In this document: piece by piece, positions 13,100 through 25,729 of the stretch | How positions within the stretch are numbered: the first letter of the stretch is position 1 | Layout: every line of letters starts with the position of its first letter | NCBI GenBank assembly: GCA_026770705.1 | Contig: JANJGN010000131.1 | Location: 682,001 to 746,000 of the forward strand | Direction: 5' to 3' | Length of the DNA: 64,000 bases | Source: Isurus oxyrinchus | Lineage: Eukaryota | Position numbers and translations under genes: made by a program | The notes under the pieces: model-generated | Databases searched by the model: none | What the model was told of the DNA's origin: nothing | The model's input: the letters and a program-made list of their open reading frames with translations, nothing else

Positions 13100-14320
13100 C
13101 TATCCTCATTACAGCTTTGTTTCAAACATGGACAAAAGAGCTGAACTCCCGAGAGAGTGGCTGCCCTTGACATCAAGGCAGCATTTGGCAGAGTGTAGCA
13201 TCAAGGGGCCCTAGCAAACCGTGAGTCAATGGGAATCAGGGGGGAAATATCTGCTGCTTCTAACCATACCTAGCACAATGGGAGATGGTTGTGGTTGTCG
13301 GAGGTCTGTCATCTCAGCTCTAGCAATTCACTGCAGGTTTTCTTTAGGGTAGTGTTCTCGGTCCAACATGTTGAGCTGCTTCATCAATGACCTTCCTTCC
13401 ATCATATGGTCAGAAGTGGCATGTTCGCTGATGATTGCACAATATTAAGTAGCATTAACGACTCCTCAGGTACTGAAGCAGCCCAAGTCTAAATGCAGCA
13501 AGACCTGGACAATACAAAGGCTTGCACGGACAAGTGGCAAGTAATTTGTGCACCGCTCAATTGTCGGGCAATGTCCATCTCCAACAAGGGAGAACCCAAT
13601 CATCGCCCTTTGTCATTCAATGGCATTCCCATCAATGAATCCCCAGTATCAAACCCTGGGGTTTGCCATTGACCAGAAACGGAATTGAATGAACCATCTA
13701 AATTCTATGGCTACAAGAGCAGGTCAGAGGCTAGGAATAGTGCGATGCGTAACTCACCTCCTGATTTTCCACAGCCTGTCCACCATCTGCAAGGCACAAG
13801 TCAGGAGTGTGGTGGAATGCTCCTCGCTTGATTGAATGGGTGCAGCATCCAAAACACTCAAGAAGCTTGACACCATTCAGGGCAACCGTTGTTTTGGCAG
13901 CACGTCCAAAAACATTCACTCCCTCCACCACCGTCGCACAGTAGCAGCAGTGTGTACCATCTACAAGATGAACTGCAGGAAATCACCAAGGCTCCTTCGG
14001 CTGCACATTTCAAACCCTGACCACTGCCATCTAGAAAGACACAATCAGCAGACAGATGTGAACACCGCCAGATGGATGTTCCCCTCCAAATCACTCGCCT
14101 TCCTGACTTGGAATTATATCGCCATTCCTTCACTATTGCTGGGCCAAAATCCTGGAAATCCCTTCCGAACAGCACTTTGTGTGCACATACACCACATGGA
14201 CTGTAGCAGTTCAAGAAGGCAGATCACCACCGCCTTTTCAAGGGCAACTAGTGATATGTAATAAATGTTGGCCCAGCCAACGAAGCCCATTTCACATGAT
14301 TGGATAATAATAAAATATAT
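13100..14320 (+). mobile_element. CR1/L2-type LINE fragment inside the intron of GPCR pseudogene A
   Basis: Colinear with 5910-7245 (cctcattacagc..tgtttcaaacatggacaaaa…; HSLHHRRTVAAVCTIYKM; 3' tail aagggcaactagtgat..aataaatgttggcccagcca). Confidence 0.9.
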
Positions 14321-15899
14321 TGCATGTTAGCTTTCTCTAGTTTGTGTACCTGAGCACCCAAGTTATGAAAATTTACAATTACAGGTGTCTCACCTGTTGA
14401 AACGCTGGATGAGGATAGAATGCAACTCGTCTGTGTTACTATCTCAGGGAAACTAAAGATTATTGTGCAATATTAACACAGGACAGTGATGTGTGTAAAT
14501 TAAAGCGAAAGATAATTCATAAAATTAATGGTCCTGGCCTCCCATTTGGTGGTGATACTCGGATGATCAGCGTTGATTGTAAATATAATTAAAGCCCTAT
14601 TTTTTTCCACCCTTGCAGCATGTTTTTCTTGCCCACGTAGTGGGGTGGGGGAGATGAGGTTTGCATGAGGTGCGAGGATGTCGGGGTGGTTAGTAGTTGT
14701 TTTGGGGATGGGCGAGTAGTTAACGTGCTTTGTAGTCGGTTGGGGGCGAATGGATGGGCGATGGCTAGTGAGAGGTGTGCAATTGGGTCGAGGGGAAGGC
14801 ATTCGGGTCAGAGTGCGCATTCTGGGGTCAGTAGTTGGGGGTGATGTGTTTTTTTTCGTGTGGGCTGAATGTGGGAGGTCTGTGCATGGGGGTTGGGCGT
14901 GCATGGGCTGCGCCCCACAGTTATTCACTGACACATGCTAGAAATTAACACCGGGAAAATTCTAGGGCAAGCATGTGTTACACAGCAGGCACAAGAGTCC
15001 CAAACTGAAGTCAGTTTTGTGGTCATTGTCAGAGGGGCCCGGGTAGTACAGATATGCGTATCAGAAGTTTAAAGTTCGCAGATAATTACCATGTATGCTC
15101 CTGGATCAAGATTTCTGATTGGTCCTGATGTGCAGAGCGGCAGACATTTCAATATTTACCACTGTTGGCATCGGGCGATCCAGGTTAATGATGCAATCAG
15201 GATCCAATTCACCGCAATGGACTCCAGACACCAGCTTCAGATAGAGGGAAATTACAAAAGAGGGAAATGGAGACCAGGTCAAAGAAGGATGGCGAAGGGG
15301 GAATAACAAAAAAAGACACATGTTAAGAATTATCTTGAAGGATGATAAGTTTGTAGCGAGGACAACAGATTTAGGAGGTAATTCAGAACATGAAAGTCTT
15401 AATATTTCACTGCGGCCACCCATGCCAAAGGCTGCAGACATGTCGAGAAGAGGAAGGAGAGGGGTTTTGACATTAGCATAGTCACATAAGATAGAATTTG
15501 TGCCTTTGCTAAGGACGGTGTAAGAGTTGTAATAAGGGAGAAAAATGGTTAGAAGGATTTAAGCATGATGTCCCTGGAAGGTGGGGCGGAAACGTGGGGG
15601 TTAGCAGCAGGGACAAGGAATTTGCAGAGGAAAGAGATCTTAGAGATGGAGTGTTTGCTTACAAGGACTGAGGCATCAGGGGTTGTTTATTTACAAGAGC
15701 AGGGGTGATGGCTACAGATTGGAGCAGGAGAAGAACAGTGGCTAAGCAGATGGATCTATTAACTGTATCAGCAACTGACGAACATGTTGAAGAAGTTCGG
15801 TGTTCAGCAGTTTGGTGGGAGTGTACTGAACCAGTCCCCACCAGCAGCCACCGCTCCGCCCAACCCCCACAGCACGCCTCCCACCAAACCAATCAAAAG

Positions 15900-16380
15900 C
15901 TTGGAAATCTCACGCATGAAAAATGATGGAACGCTCACTACTCATCAGGATGGGTATCACAGCAACACACAATAAGCAGAATCACCTTCAAAAATGGAAT
16001 AGATTTTCCATCAGTGACCGTTCATCATTAAACTCGATATTTCACCGCCTCCACCTTTGTGGATGCAGCGAGAATCTCTACATAATCAACAACAACAAAA
16101 CACCGGGCCTACTTCGACAGCACGTACCAGCACAGCAAAATGCAGAAGGTGTGCGCAAGATTCACCTTCTCTAACGTACCATCCTGACTTGGACCGATAA
16201 CCTCTCCCTTCATCAGAATTCTGGAATTCCATAATACCAGGTAGGAGCACCGTCAGCAGAGGGAATAGTTCAGCTCAGCAAGAAGACCCAGCAACAGCTT
16301 CTCAGCTGACCTCCGGATGGGTAATAAACGGAACTTTGTCACAAGCATCCATGTCCCAAGAACACATTTTCAAAATAAAA
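15900..16380 (+). mobile_element. Older, heavily diverged copy of the LINE 3' end
   Basis: Residual matches (tctctacataatc..aacaac..accgggcctacttcgacagcac; accatcctgacttgga; ggatgggtaataaa). Confidence 0.55.
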
Positions 16381-17042
16381 ACCTGTGGGAGGGGGATACT
16401 GACTTACAGCTCTGAATAAAGTAATGCAGAGACAAGCGAAGGAAATTAGGTCTGTTGACAGAAATGGGAACGGAGCCAATTGTTGGTGAGGGGAGCAAGT
16501 ATTGTTGAACAATTATTACATTTTGTACCCTGTCCTAAAAATAAAGATTTTGTGACTGTTAGGCAAAGCGGGAAATGGTGGAATACAAGGTGCTTGGAGC
16601 TGAATCATTCTTGGAGATTCTCTCTTGTTCCTGCCTGCTCTGATTGCCACAGATCAGTGCAAATTACAACCTCCATCAGACTGCAAAACCAATACCTGCC
16701 AAATATATTTCGTCTGTGATATTGGGGTTCAGTTCAAAGAGCAGACTGCAGCTGTTCAATATCTATAATCCATCGCTAATATTTATTGCGTAAAATATTC
16801 AACCAGCCAAATTATGCAGAAAAAAATCAATTGAAGCAAGTCGTGAGATATAAAAACGGTCCATGAAACAGCGAACAGGGAATCGACACCTGGTGAAATG
16901 CTACTTGACAGAAACGTAGGGAATTACATGCCACACGACGAAAAAATTACAGAGAATAAATTAATTAGCTCGCATAAAACACAAGGACAGCAAACACAGT
17001 GAAAGATGTTTTATAAAATACATTTCTAAAATAATCACTCAC

Positions 17043-17139
17043 CAGGAATACCAACAGCAGCGAGGAGTGGCTAGTAAATCCTTTGTAAATTATAAATTAC
17101 CCACAGGATCCGACGTTCAGCTGGAATATTCCAAAACAT
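17043..17139 (-). pseudogene. GPCR pseudogene A, exon 1 (N-terminus and start of TM1)
   Basis: MFWNIPAERRILWVIYNLQRIY*PLLAAVGIP followed by the phase-1 donor G|gtgagt; TAG at 17071-73 replaces the second Tyr of the family YYP motif; joins exon 2 in frame (P-V-N-L-L-T). Confidence 0.88.
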
Positions 17140-17689
17140 GATCTCATTTTCTGTGAGATCTAATGATCGCCTTTAATATTGGGGGCCACTATACTCTTTC
17201 AAGCACTGATGTACACAGTGAACACATTGCCTAGATGTAGGCAGAGAAGAGTCTCCAGTGATTCAATTTAAACATACACTGGCTGACATTAAGTACAGTC
17301 ACTTAACAAACAAGATGCCTTAACCCTTTCATTCCATCAATTTCTATGGAAAAATATAATAAAAACAACATGGCATTCCTGTCAAGGTAATTCATTCAAA
17401 GCAAGCACATGACGTCAGCCACTTTTGTGAGAACAGATTATGGAATCTTGCAGGCTTGCAGCACACCTTGAGAAATAAATAGATTCAAATCCAGAGTTCT
17501 GATTGTTTTGGTGATAAAAATTCTGCCCAGCAATTTCACGTTATCAATTCATTTCTCAGGCGATGAACATAACACAAGTCCCAGGGGATGGTCAGAAGCA
17601 GTAACAGTTCTAAAGGATTTATGGTTGATGATCATCCCGTGATCAGAAAGTAAAAAGTGAACTGATAATTTGAAACTTATGTCTGGTCT

Positions 17690-18350
17690 AACACTAAACG
17701 TATACGTGATACCTCCGAGTGACACTTATTATGGAAATGATAAAACAGTTTAACTTGAAAACTGGCCTTGCAAATGATATCCCGGTGTAACAAAAACCAT
17801 GTAATTGAAATCCATGGAATATTAGTGCCCATGTAGAAAGCGGACAATCTAAATTGATCTTGTGCCTGACACCACAGACTTACAGTGATCACGTAACTGA
17901 TACCTGGTCGCACAGTGCTCCTTTAAATGATACCGAAATCCAGCAGTGGGTGTTTTACAGATACTGTCATCAAACGGTTACCATGGGATTGAAACCTGAT
18001 GTTCTGCTGGCCTTGTATCTGACACTCCGATCTAACAGTGACCTTGTAACCAATGTCCCGATCCACAATTTACCTTGTACCCGCAGTCTGTTCTAATCGC
18101 CACCTTGTAATTGATAATCCAGCCTAACAGTGACCTTGTAACTGTTATCATGATCTAACATTGGCCATGCACTTGATAGTCCAGTCCAGCAGTGACATTT
18201 TAACTGATAATTGAATCTAACAGTGACCTTGTACCGGATGTCCCAATTTAGCCCTGATCATTTATTTGAGGCTCTGGCTGACAATGACCTTGTGACTGAT
18301 ATCCCAGTTTAATAGTGACTTTTTACCCGATCCTACGGCCTGAAATTGAC
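17690..18350. repeat. Degenerate minisatellite (tctaacagtgaccttgtaac(c/t)gata…) upstream of GPCR A
   Basis: aacagtgaccttgta recurs at about 18034, 18126 and 18219, with variants between; related array at 3150-3620. Confidence 0.75.
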
Positions 18351-18894
18351 CTTTTGTTACGTTAGTGTCATTGTTCAGATGTGTTTTTTTCAATGTAATC
18401 TTTAATTTTGGAAATTAGAGATTTAACTGATGGCACTGGGTACATCTGGTGACGAAACTGGCAAATGCAGCCCTAAATTTAATGTAATGGAAACAGCCTT
18501 AGTGTTTATTATTCTTAGAAGGCTGGAGCCATGTTGACTTAAGATTTAACAGCCAGGAAGTTAAGGTCTTCATACTGCAGGTGGTCTTCATTGGCTACGG
18601 AACAGGAACAGGACGTCTGTAGTTATTCCAATGAATTAAAAGCTATTTACGTGGTTTACCAGAATTAAGGAAAGTTTTGGAATTAACAGATAATTATTTT
18701 GCCATTCTACACGGTAACAGACCATGTGTGTCATGTTTATGTGAAAATATCTGGAGCTCAGTTGAGAGTTTAGAAAAAGATGGAGTGCAAAAATATATTT
18801 GTGATCAAAATTTGGTTCAAGTTCGCGGTGTTTGCTTCAAGAATTAAAACTTTTGTCAGCTGTAGGGATTTCATACTCTCTCAAACACATGGCC

Positions 18895-19340
18895 TCACAG
18901 TCACACAAATGCAAATGTGTGTGTGCACACACACATACACACACACACACATACACAACAGGTACAAATGCAGATATACACAACCCCATAAGCAGACTCA
19001 TGCGGGACATGTAAACATATACATGAATATGTTCATTACTATGCTTCAACGAACACAAAAATATAGATCTAAAGACACACTATCATGCACAGTAATGCAA
19101 ATACATAGGCATTTCCATACACACATTAACAAATTGATACACGGGCACTTAGATGAACAGGCAATAGCATTTTCACTAACACTGAACAAGAAACGAAAAT
19201 GAATATATTCACACACCCACAATAACACAAACACATAGAAACACACATTTTAGTACACATGGACAACTAAACAGACATAAACACATAGTTATAAACATCC
19301 ATCAACACATAAAGGCACGCCGTAACATATTCACACGCTC
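18895..19340. repeat. CA-rich low-complexity tract (resumes at about 20590-20830 after the Penelope insertion)
   Basis: (CA)n and ACAC/ACAT-rich sequence on both sides of the element. Confidence 0.8.
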
Positions 19341-19414
19341 ATGCAGGCAAAATTATTAACATAGCAAACAGAGAACCTAAAAAGTCATAATATCAGATAC
19401 ATTAACAAGCAAGG

Positions 19415-20590
19415 ACGGAAACAAACGCAAAAATAGCTGGAAAACTCCACAGGTCTGACAGCATCTGCGGAGAGGATCACAGTTAACGTTTCGAGTCCGC
19501 ATGAATCTTCATCAGAATTAAGGAAAAATAGAAATGATGTGAAATATAAACTGGTTGAAGGGGTTGGAACAGGTAGAGCTGGATAGAGGGCCAGTGATAG
19601 GTGGAGGCAAAGAAGAGATTGCCAAAGATGTCATAGGCAAAAGGACAAATGAATGTTAACGGTGGTGATGTTAGCAAAGGAACATGCTAATGGTGCTATT
19701 AAGGGTAGAAAGCAGGACGAGCAAGTGACAGATAGCCTCCGTGGGACTGTGGTGGGGGAAAGGGATCGAAATAGGCTAAAAGGTGGAGGTAAAGCAATGA
19801 GTGGAAATTAAATTAAAAATATTAGAAATAGGTGGAAAAAGAAAAACATATTAAAAAATATTTTTTTAAATTATAAAGTATTGCAAATATTAGACTATAC
19901 GCAGACACCGGTCTGTCCGCAACATGACTCAGACCTCCTGGTCACTTGCCATTTCAACACACCACCCTGCTTTCATGCCCACATGTCCGTCCTTGGCCTG
20001 CTGCAATGTTCTGGGAAGGTCAACGCAAACTGGAGGAACAGGACCTCATCTTCTGATTAGGCACTTTACCGACTTCCAGACTTAACATTGATTTCAACAA
20101 CTTCAGACCATCAATTTTCTCCTCCATCACCACCCCCTTTCCGATCCCCTATTTCCAAAAAATTATAATTTTTTAAATATGATTTTTTAAATATATTTTC
20201 CTATTCCCACCTATTTCAATTATTTTTAAATTTATTTCCATTCATTTTTTCTTCACCTTTTAGCCTATTTCGCTCTCTTCCCCCCACCGCAACCCCATCA
20301 CATTTCCACCATCAACACCCCTTTATCCTTTACTCGTTGACATCATTGGAAATCTCTTCTTTGCCGCCACCTATCTCGGGCCCTCTATCCAGCTCTACCT
20401 ATCCCACCCCCCTCAACCAGCTTATATTTCACCTCATTTCTATTTTTCCTCAGTTCTGATGAAGAGTCATCCGGACTCATAACATTAACTCTATTCCCCG
20501 CCGCAGATGATGTCAGACCTGCTGAGTTTTTGCAGCTATTCTTGTTTTTGTTTCAGATTTGCAGCATCCACAGTATTTTGCTTTTATGGA
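19415..20590 (+). mobile_element. Penelope-like retroelement 3' end: GIY-YIG C-terminal remnant flanked by inverted pseudo-LTRs
   Basis: 19900-20110 encodes (frameshifted) …HDSDLLVTCHFNTPPCFHAHMSVLGLLQCS…RKLEEQDLIF*LGTL…LNIDFNNFR; 19418-19885 is an inverted copy of about 20155-20555. Confidence 0.88.
19481..19520 (-). ncRNA. Minimal type I hammerhead-ribozyme-like motif in the Penelope pLTR
   Basis: Reverse complement AATT-CTGATGA-A-GATTC-ATGCG-GACTC-GAA-ACGT-T-AACT: CUGANGA and GAAA cores with a palindromic ACGU helix III; the plus-strand twin at 20452-20490 has GAAA mutated to ATAA. Confidence 0.65.
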
Positions 20591-21419
20591 CGTAAACAAA
20601 CTCTTTGACACAGGCATTAATAAGTGAACATAAACATCAACGCATAAACAGGCACACTGATACACAAACATTTACAAATGAACAAACAAACATACACAGG
20701 TGCGCCACACATAAATAAGCATATCAACATTCATTACACATCAACACACACATCAGCATTCATACAACATGGCACACAAACACGGTTAAATGCAGAGCAC
20801 GAGACACCCCTGCACGCTATACGCAAATATATGCTTTTAAAAAAACAAATGCCAGACGGAAGTCTATTTCAAGTGTTGTTTTTTAGCGGGCACATCTTCC
20901 AATAATTTCTGGGAGCACATAAAGACCCAGGAAACACAAGGAAGCAATGTTCTGAATTATAAACTGATTTAAGTTAACTATGTGCCATACATTACTACCA
21001 CAAATATACAAACAAGTTGAAAATTTACAGAGTTCAGAATCTCAGAATTAATAGCGATCAGTACCTACCATTAAAATAATTGTTATCAATTATTAAACGT
21101 CCTGCAATTTACTGCATAATATAATCCAATGATAGGCCGCACGAAATTGATCCAAAATGAACTGGTACCGAAGGGGGAAAAGACACTTTTTTCCAATACG
21201 GGCAGGATGAGGAAAGTAAAGTGAGAACAGCTGTGGGGTTAGTGACAGGCAGAGATTGCTGAGAGTCGCCAATTTATTACCAGATATGCACTGAAAACTT
21301 AATGAGAAGACAAATCAATAGTTTGAGGGAAATACAATAGATTTAATATATATTTTAAAAAGTAAGATGCCCTCGGATTCTAACAATGTAATTAAATTTC
21401 CTCGGTTACATTCCTGTAG

Positions 21420-21547
21420 ATTCCACAGAACGCATGTGGATTGAAGACAATGAGGACGATCACGGGAACGTCTGCACAACAGCTTCCATATCCATTGCCC
21501 TGTTCGTCCTGAGCATTTTCTACAGAGCTGCCGTCACTCTGGTGAAT
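21420..21547 (+). pseudogene. IGHM: Immunoglobulin heavy chain (IgM-type) membrane exon TM1, orphan and degenerate
   Basis: Acceptor ttcctgtag, phase 1; (D)STERMWIEDNEDDHGNVCTTASISIALFVLSIFYRAAVTLVN|gtgaga aligns with the IgM TM1 consensus (N.WTTASTFIVLF.LS.FYS..VTL.K), but W>C, TF>IS, YS>YR and K>N. Confidence 0.88.
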
Positions 21548-21687
21548 GTGAGAAAAATGAATTTACTAACACGACAATCTGACAGAAGCGGTTTGAAAAC
21601 TTTCTTAATGTTTCAACGATTAAGATCTATAACATAAATGCACCAGATCATAAACATCTGCTTCATTATATTCTCCCTCTTTTACAG

Positions 21688-21696
21688 ATCAAGTGA
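21688..21696 (+). pseudogene. IGHM: IgM-type membrane exon TM2 (IK-stop)
   Basis: Polypyrimidine tract ctccctcttttacag, then ATC AAG TGA, 140 nt after the TM1 donor; this is the canonical two-codon TM2. Confidence 0.85.
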
Positions 21697-23154
21697 TCGG
21701 TTGAATTTCAGACCCCGTAGCTTTTCCTTTAATTCCAATTTAAAATATGTTCTCTTGGTCACTGTAAAAGTGAAATGTTCTCACTTTGTAATTCCCGATC
21801 TGTAACCGAACCTGCCACAGAATTTCTGTTTTTCTGTTTGAAATGTGTGAGGTGTTAATGGTCGTAATGAAACTGGAGCATCTAATTTCCATGGACTTAG
21901 AATTCCATTTGTCTTTAATTAACTTTTCTGGTTCCATTTTCACTATTGTTCCCTTCCCTTTCCGTTGAGCTGCTGTTTTCTCTTTCTGATCTATGTTTCC
22001 GTGGTACATATGGTTTACCAACTCAGAGTGCATGTTCCCAATGTGACGCTCAGGCATTATATTCACGTCTGTTAACCATAAATTAAACTTTCATGTAAAA
22101 TATTCTCTGAAATTGCTAATGAATGTGGAATGAAAAGTGAACTAACTATGGCTTTGCTGAATTCCTTTTTCTGCAGTCCATCGACACTCCACCATTTTCC
22201 CTATTACACATTTCTCCCTATTTCACCAGTCCTGTCTGGGATCTATTTGCCCAGAAGGCCCCAATGGGCCACCCATCGCCCCTTCTGTGCAAAGGGACCT
22301 TTACCTCTGCCTGTTTCTGGCAATTGCCTGAGGCGGAATGATTGAACAGGGAGAGCCACCTCGGTGATTTGACTCATACTCTGGGCGGTCACAGTCACAT
22401 GTCAGGTAATTTTATATAGTAGCATTCGGCTTCATCAGAGGCTGACGCATGACAGGATGTTGGATCAGAAAACTTCCTTTACACTGCCCTAGCCAACACT
22501 CCCACGGTTGGTACAACCAGGGTCATAACAGGGTTAAGATCCCTCTGCATTGTCCAATTAAACACTTTGAAGGCAGGGGTGCCGCTGGCTAGATATATAA
22601 CACAGGCATAATTGGGAGCATTAATCAACAGGCGATTCCAGAGACTCGAACGTGTCTGGCACTGATATATGATCGAGTGAAAATCCTGTAAATTATTACA
22701 GAGCTTTAGGTCTATTGCACATACCAGGGGGACAAAACCGCGAAAATGCCCAAAGACGGGGCTCCACGTGATGCAGCAAGTAAACATAAACATGGGGCTT
22801 GTTCCTTGATCCAGGGGCCTATCGAATACTGAGACACTGGCTTCGAAGTATTTCTTAAATACATAAACAGGCATTACTCGCACCCCACCCAAACCAGCGC
22901 CTTTCTGTTAAGAATATATACGGTCCACATTCCGGTAAATACACACTGAAAGTCCACTTCCAACTTTTCTTTTAAATCCATTAGCCCTGTCATTCTCCCT
23001 TTTCCTTCAATTGTGAACTGTTTCCCTGATCTGCTCATTCCCCTGATACCATCTCCCTGTTCTCACTGAGCATAACCCCAGGGATCCTCTCTGCCTGCTC
23101 CATTCCTTCTGATACAATCTCCCTGAACTAAATGAACATCACCCCACGGTTACG

Positions 23155-23340
23155 TAAACACAGAAAATGCTGCAAAAACTCAGTAGGCGGACAGCACCTG
23201 TGGAAGAAGGAATAGAGTTGACGTTTCGAGTCCGTCTGATGAAACGTTATAGCTTTGTTTCTGTCTCCACAGATGCTGTCAGACCTGCAGAGTTTTCTGT
23301 GTTTCTTTCAGATTTCCAGCATCTGCAGTTTTATTCTTTT
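23155..23340. mobile_element. Short inverted Penelope pLTR remnant
   Basis: aaaatgctg…actcag..gg..gacagca.ctgtgga…gtttcgagtccgt followed by gaaacgtt…tctccacagatgctgtcagacctgc…tttcagatttccagcatctgcagt. Confidence 0.75.
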
Positions 23341-23649
23341 ATCACCCTCGGGTTTTGTTCCATCTGCTTCATTGTTTTTTTCAGTGGTTCCTTCAGCGCC
23401 TCCCAATCATGGGAATATCAGGAGAAGTTCTCTCCACGACCTAATATCTTCCAACATTTTCTCTAAAATCCCAGAGTTCAGGGGCGAGGTTCCTTGTTGT
23501 TGAATGTAGGAAGAGTGAGGCAGGGAAAAATTACCGATGCATCTTAAAGACTCGGAATGCTGTTTGTTAATCGGTGAAGTTAATGTTGAAACCCTTTATC
23601 TCTCCCAATCTGACTCCCATCCTCTTCCACACTACCGTTCAGGACATTT

Positions 23650-23895
23650 CAAACAACAACAGAAAATGCAATAAAAGCTCAGCAGGTCTGACAGCATCTG
23701 CGAAGGAAAAGACAGAGTTAATGTTTCGAGTCCGTATGACTCTTCTTCAGAGTCTTCTTCTCTGAAGAAAAGTCATACGGATTTGAAACGTTAATTCTGC
23801 CTTTCTGTCCACATATGCTGTTAGACGTGCTGCGTTTTTCCAGCATTTTCTGTCTGTGTTCCAGATTTCCAGCGTCCGCAGTATTTTGATTTTAC
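23650..23895. mobile_element. Head-to-head Penelope pLTR pair with two hammerhead-like motifs
   Basis: Minus-strand CTGAAGA-A-GAGTC-ATACG-GACTC-GAAAC (23716-23750) and plus-strand CTGAAGA-AAAGTC-ATACG-GATTT-GAAACGTT (23762-23796); flanks are mutually inverted. Confidence 0.78.
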
Positions 23896-24444
23896 CGTTC
23901 AGGATATCTCTCCACTGTTAGCTGCATTTATTTTTAGCCAGCACCGTTGTGCTCCTGTGTTTCTCTGTCCTTTCCCAGTCTCGGAAACACTCAATGGACG
24001 CACGGCCCCAATAAGATGCCAAGAACTCACTCCCACGGGCCAACAGTCCTCAGTCAGGGGTCACAGGCGGAACAAACCTCCCCGTTGAGCGGGGGCTGTG
24101 GACGGCCTGTGATCACTCGGTGCTGAATCAGTGCGGGAAATTGCCAATTACAGTCGATATATGTTACGGTTCAATGAGTATTGAAATTGAGTGGCTATTT
24201 TACTGAGAACGGAAGTCATCTTTTCATTCAATTGAAACGCTGTTTTTAATAAACAGCAGGCACAAGCAGGGTATGACTTCACAATAACATGGCCTTCGTC
24301 GATTGGTCCTGCAGCGAATGATGTCACAATTTTTCCAACACGTCACTGCACCGTGATTGGTTCTTGTTCCATAAAAGTCGGCTGTGCATGAGTTCATTAT
24401 TCTTACTCTGGATATTCCAAGATGCTTTTCGACCGTCACCCTGC

Positions 24445-24970
24445 ACCTTATGAGACAATGATCGCTGTCTCCTTGATGTTCCCCACTGACACTTGATCTA
24501 CCTGTCTAACTTCATTTGCAAGAGCCAGGTCTAGCAGTGCCTCCTTTCTTGTTGTACCGGACACATACTGCTGTACAACATTCCCCTGAACACAATCGAG
24601 GAGCTCTTGCCCTTCTCTGTCCTTTACACTGCGAGTATCCCAGTCTATATTCCGGTAATTAAAGTCCCCCATTATTACTATTCTTTCATGATTGGACCTC
24701 TGTGTTTACCCTGCAGAGTTGTTCCATTACATCCTTCCTACTGGCAGGTGGACGGTAGGCAACACCTCGCACTTAATGGTACATTTTTTCCCCCTTAGCT
24801 CTCGCCAAATTGATTCTGTCCTTCAACCTTCTGGGACACCCTCTTTCTGCAGCACTGCAATGCTGTCCTTAAACAATACCGTCACCCCCGTCCTTTTTTT
24901 CCTGCACAATCTTTACTGCATACCTTTTACAGAGAAATATTTAGCATCCAGTCCTGCACTTCCTTGATCC
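24445..24970 (-). mobile_element. CR1 LINE AP-endonuclease fragment
   Basis: MGDFNYRNIDW…GQELLDCVQ…QYVSGTTRKEALLDLAL.NE. Confidence 0.85.
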
Positions 24971-25729
24971 TGTTGAAAACGGAAGTCTATGAAACGAAAA
25001 GCCAGAGGCAGCGTGGCCGAATTTATGAGAGAATTGCAGTAAGGTGATGCAGTGCATAATTTCCAAAGCAGTAAGAGGACAATTATCTTGAGGCTGCTTT
25101 AAAAACTCGCATTTTAACTTATAACATTAGGCAAGCATGTGAACATCGAATATCACATGACAATCCTGCAGCCTGTGTCACATTTCCTGTCCTGTTTGAA
25201 AATTCTTGCATCGGGGTATTTTCTACCACAGCGTACATTCACTTGTGCAGCACTCACTTAGTGTTTAAAGGGCTTTTCAAGTATATGAAAGTGTTAGAAA
25301 AATTTGAAAATTTTTAAAGTCTGTAGAAGTGTTTTAAATCATAACAAAACACCCATCTGCCTTTGGCCTGAAAAGGGACCGCAGGGAACTTGTATCAGGC
25401 TCGTGACGTCAGGAGGGGCGGCCGTCGTCAGAAGTCACCCCGATGCTACATTTCACAGATCATTTTGTCCATGGGCCATGCACCAGCCAAAGGCTTAAAT
25501 TCTGGCGGCAGCCAGTGAACCAGTCAAATTGGGATTCGCCAGAGCAATCAGGGCCAAAGGCCTCTCATTCACCCCTGACCACAAAATCCAGGTCGGTATC
25601 TTTTTATGAGAAAATAAATTGTGATCATGCCGCAATCTCTGGGTGGCAACTCCATTGAAAAAAAACTTTTTATTCTCCCAAAACATAAACGTCAGTCCTG
25701 AAGCAGCTGGGCTGAACTGTTTTTATTTA

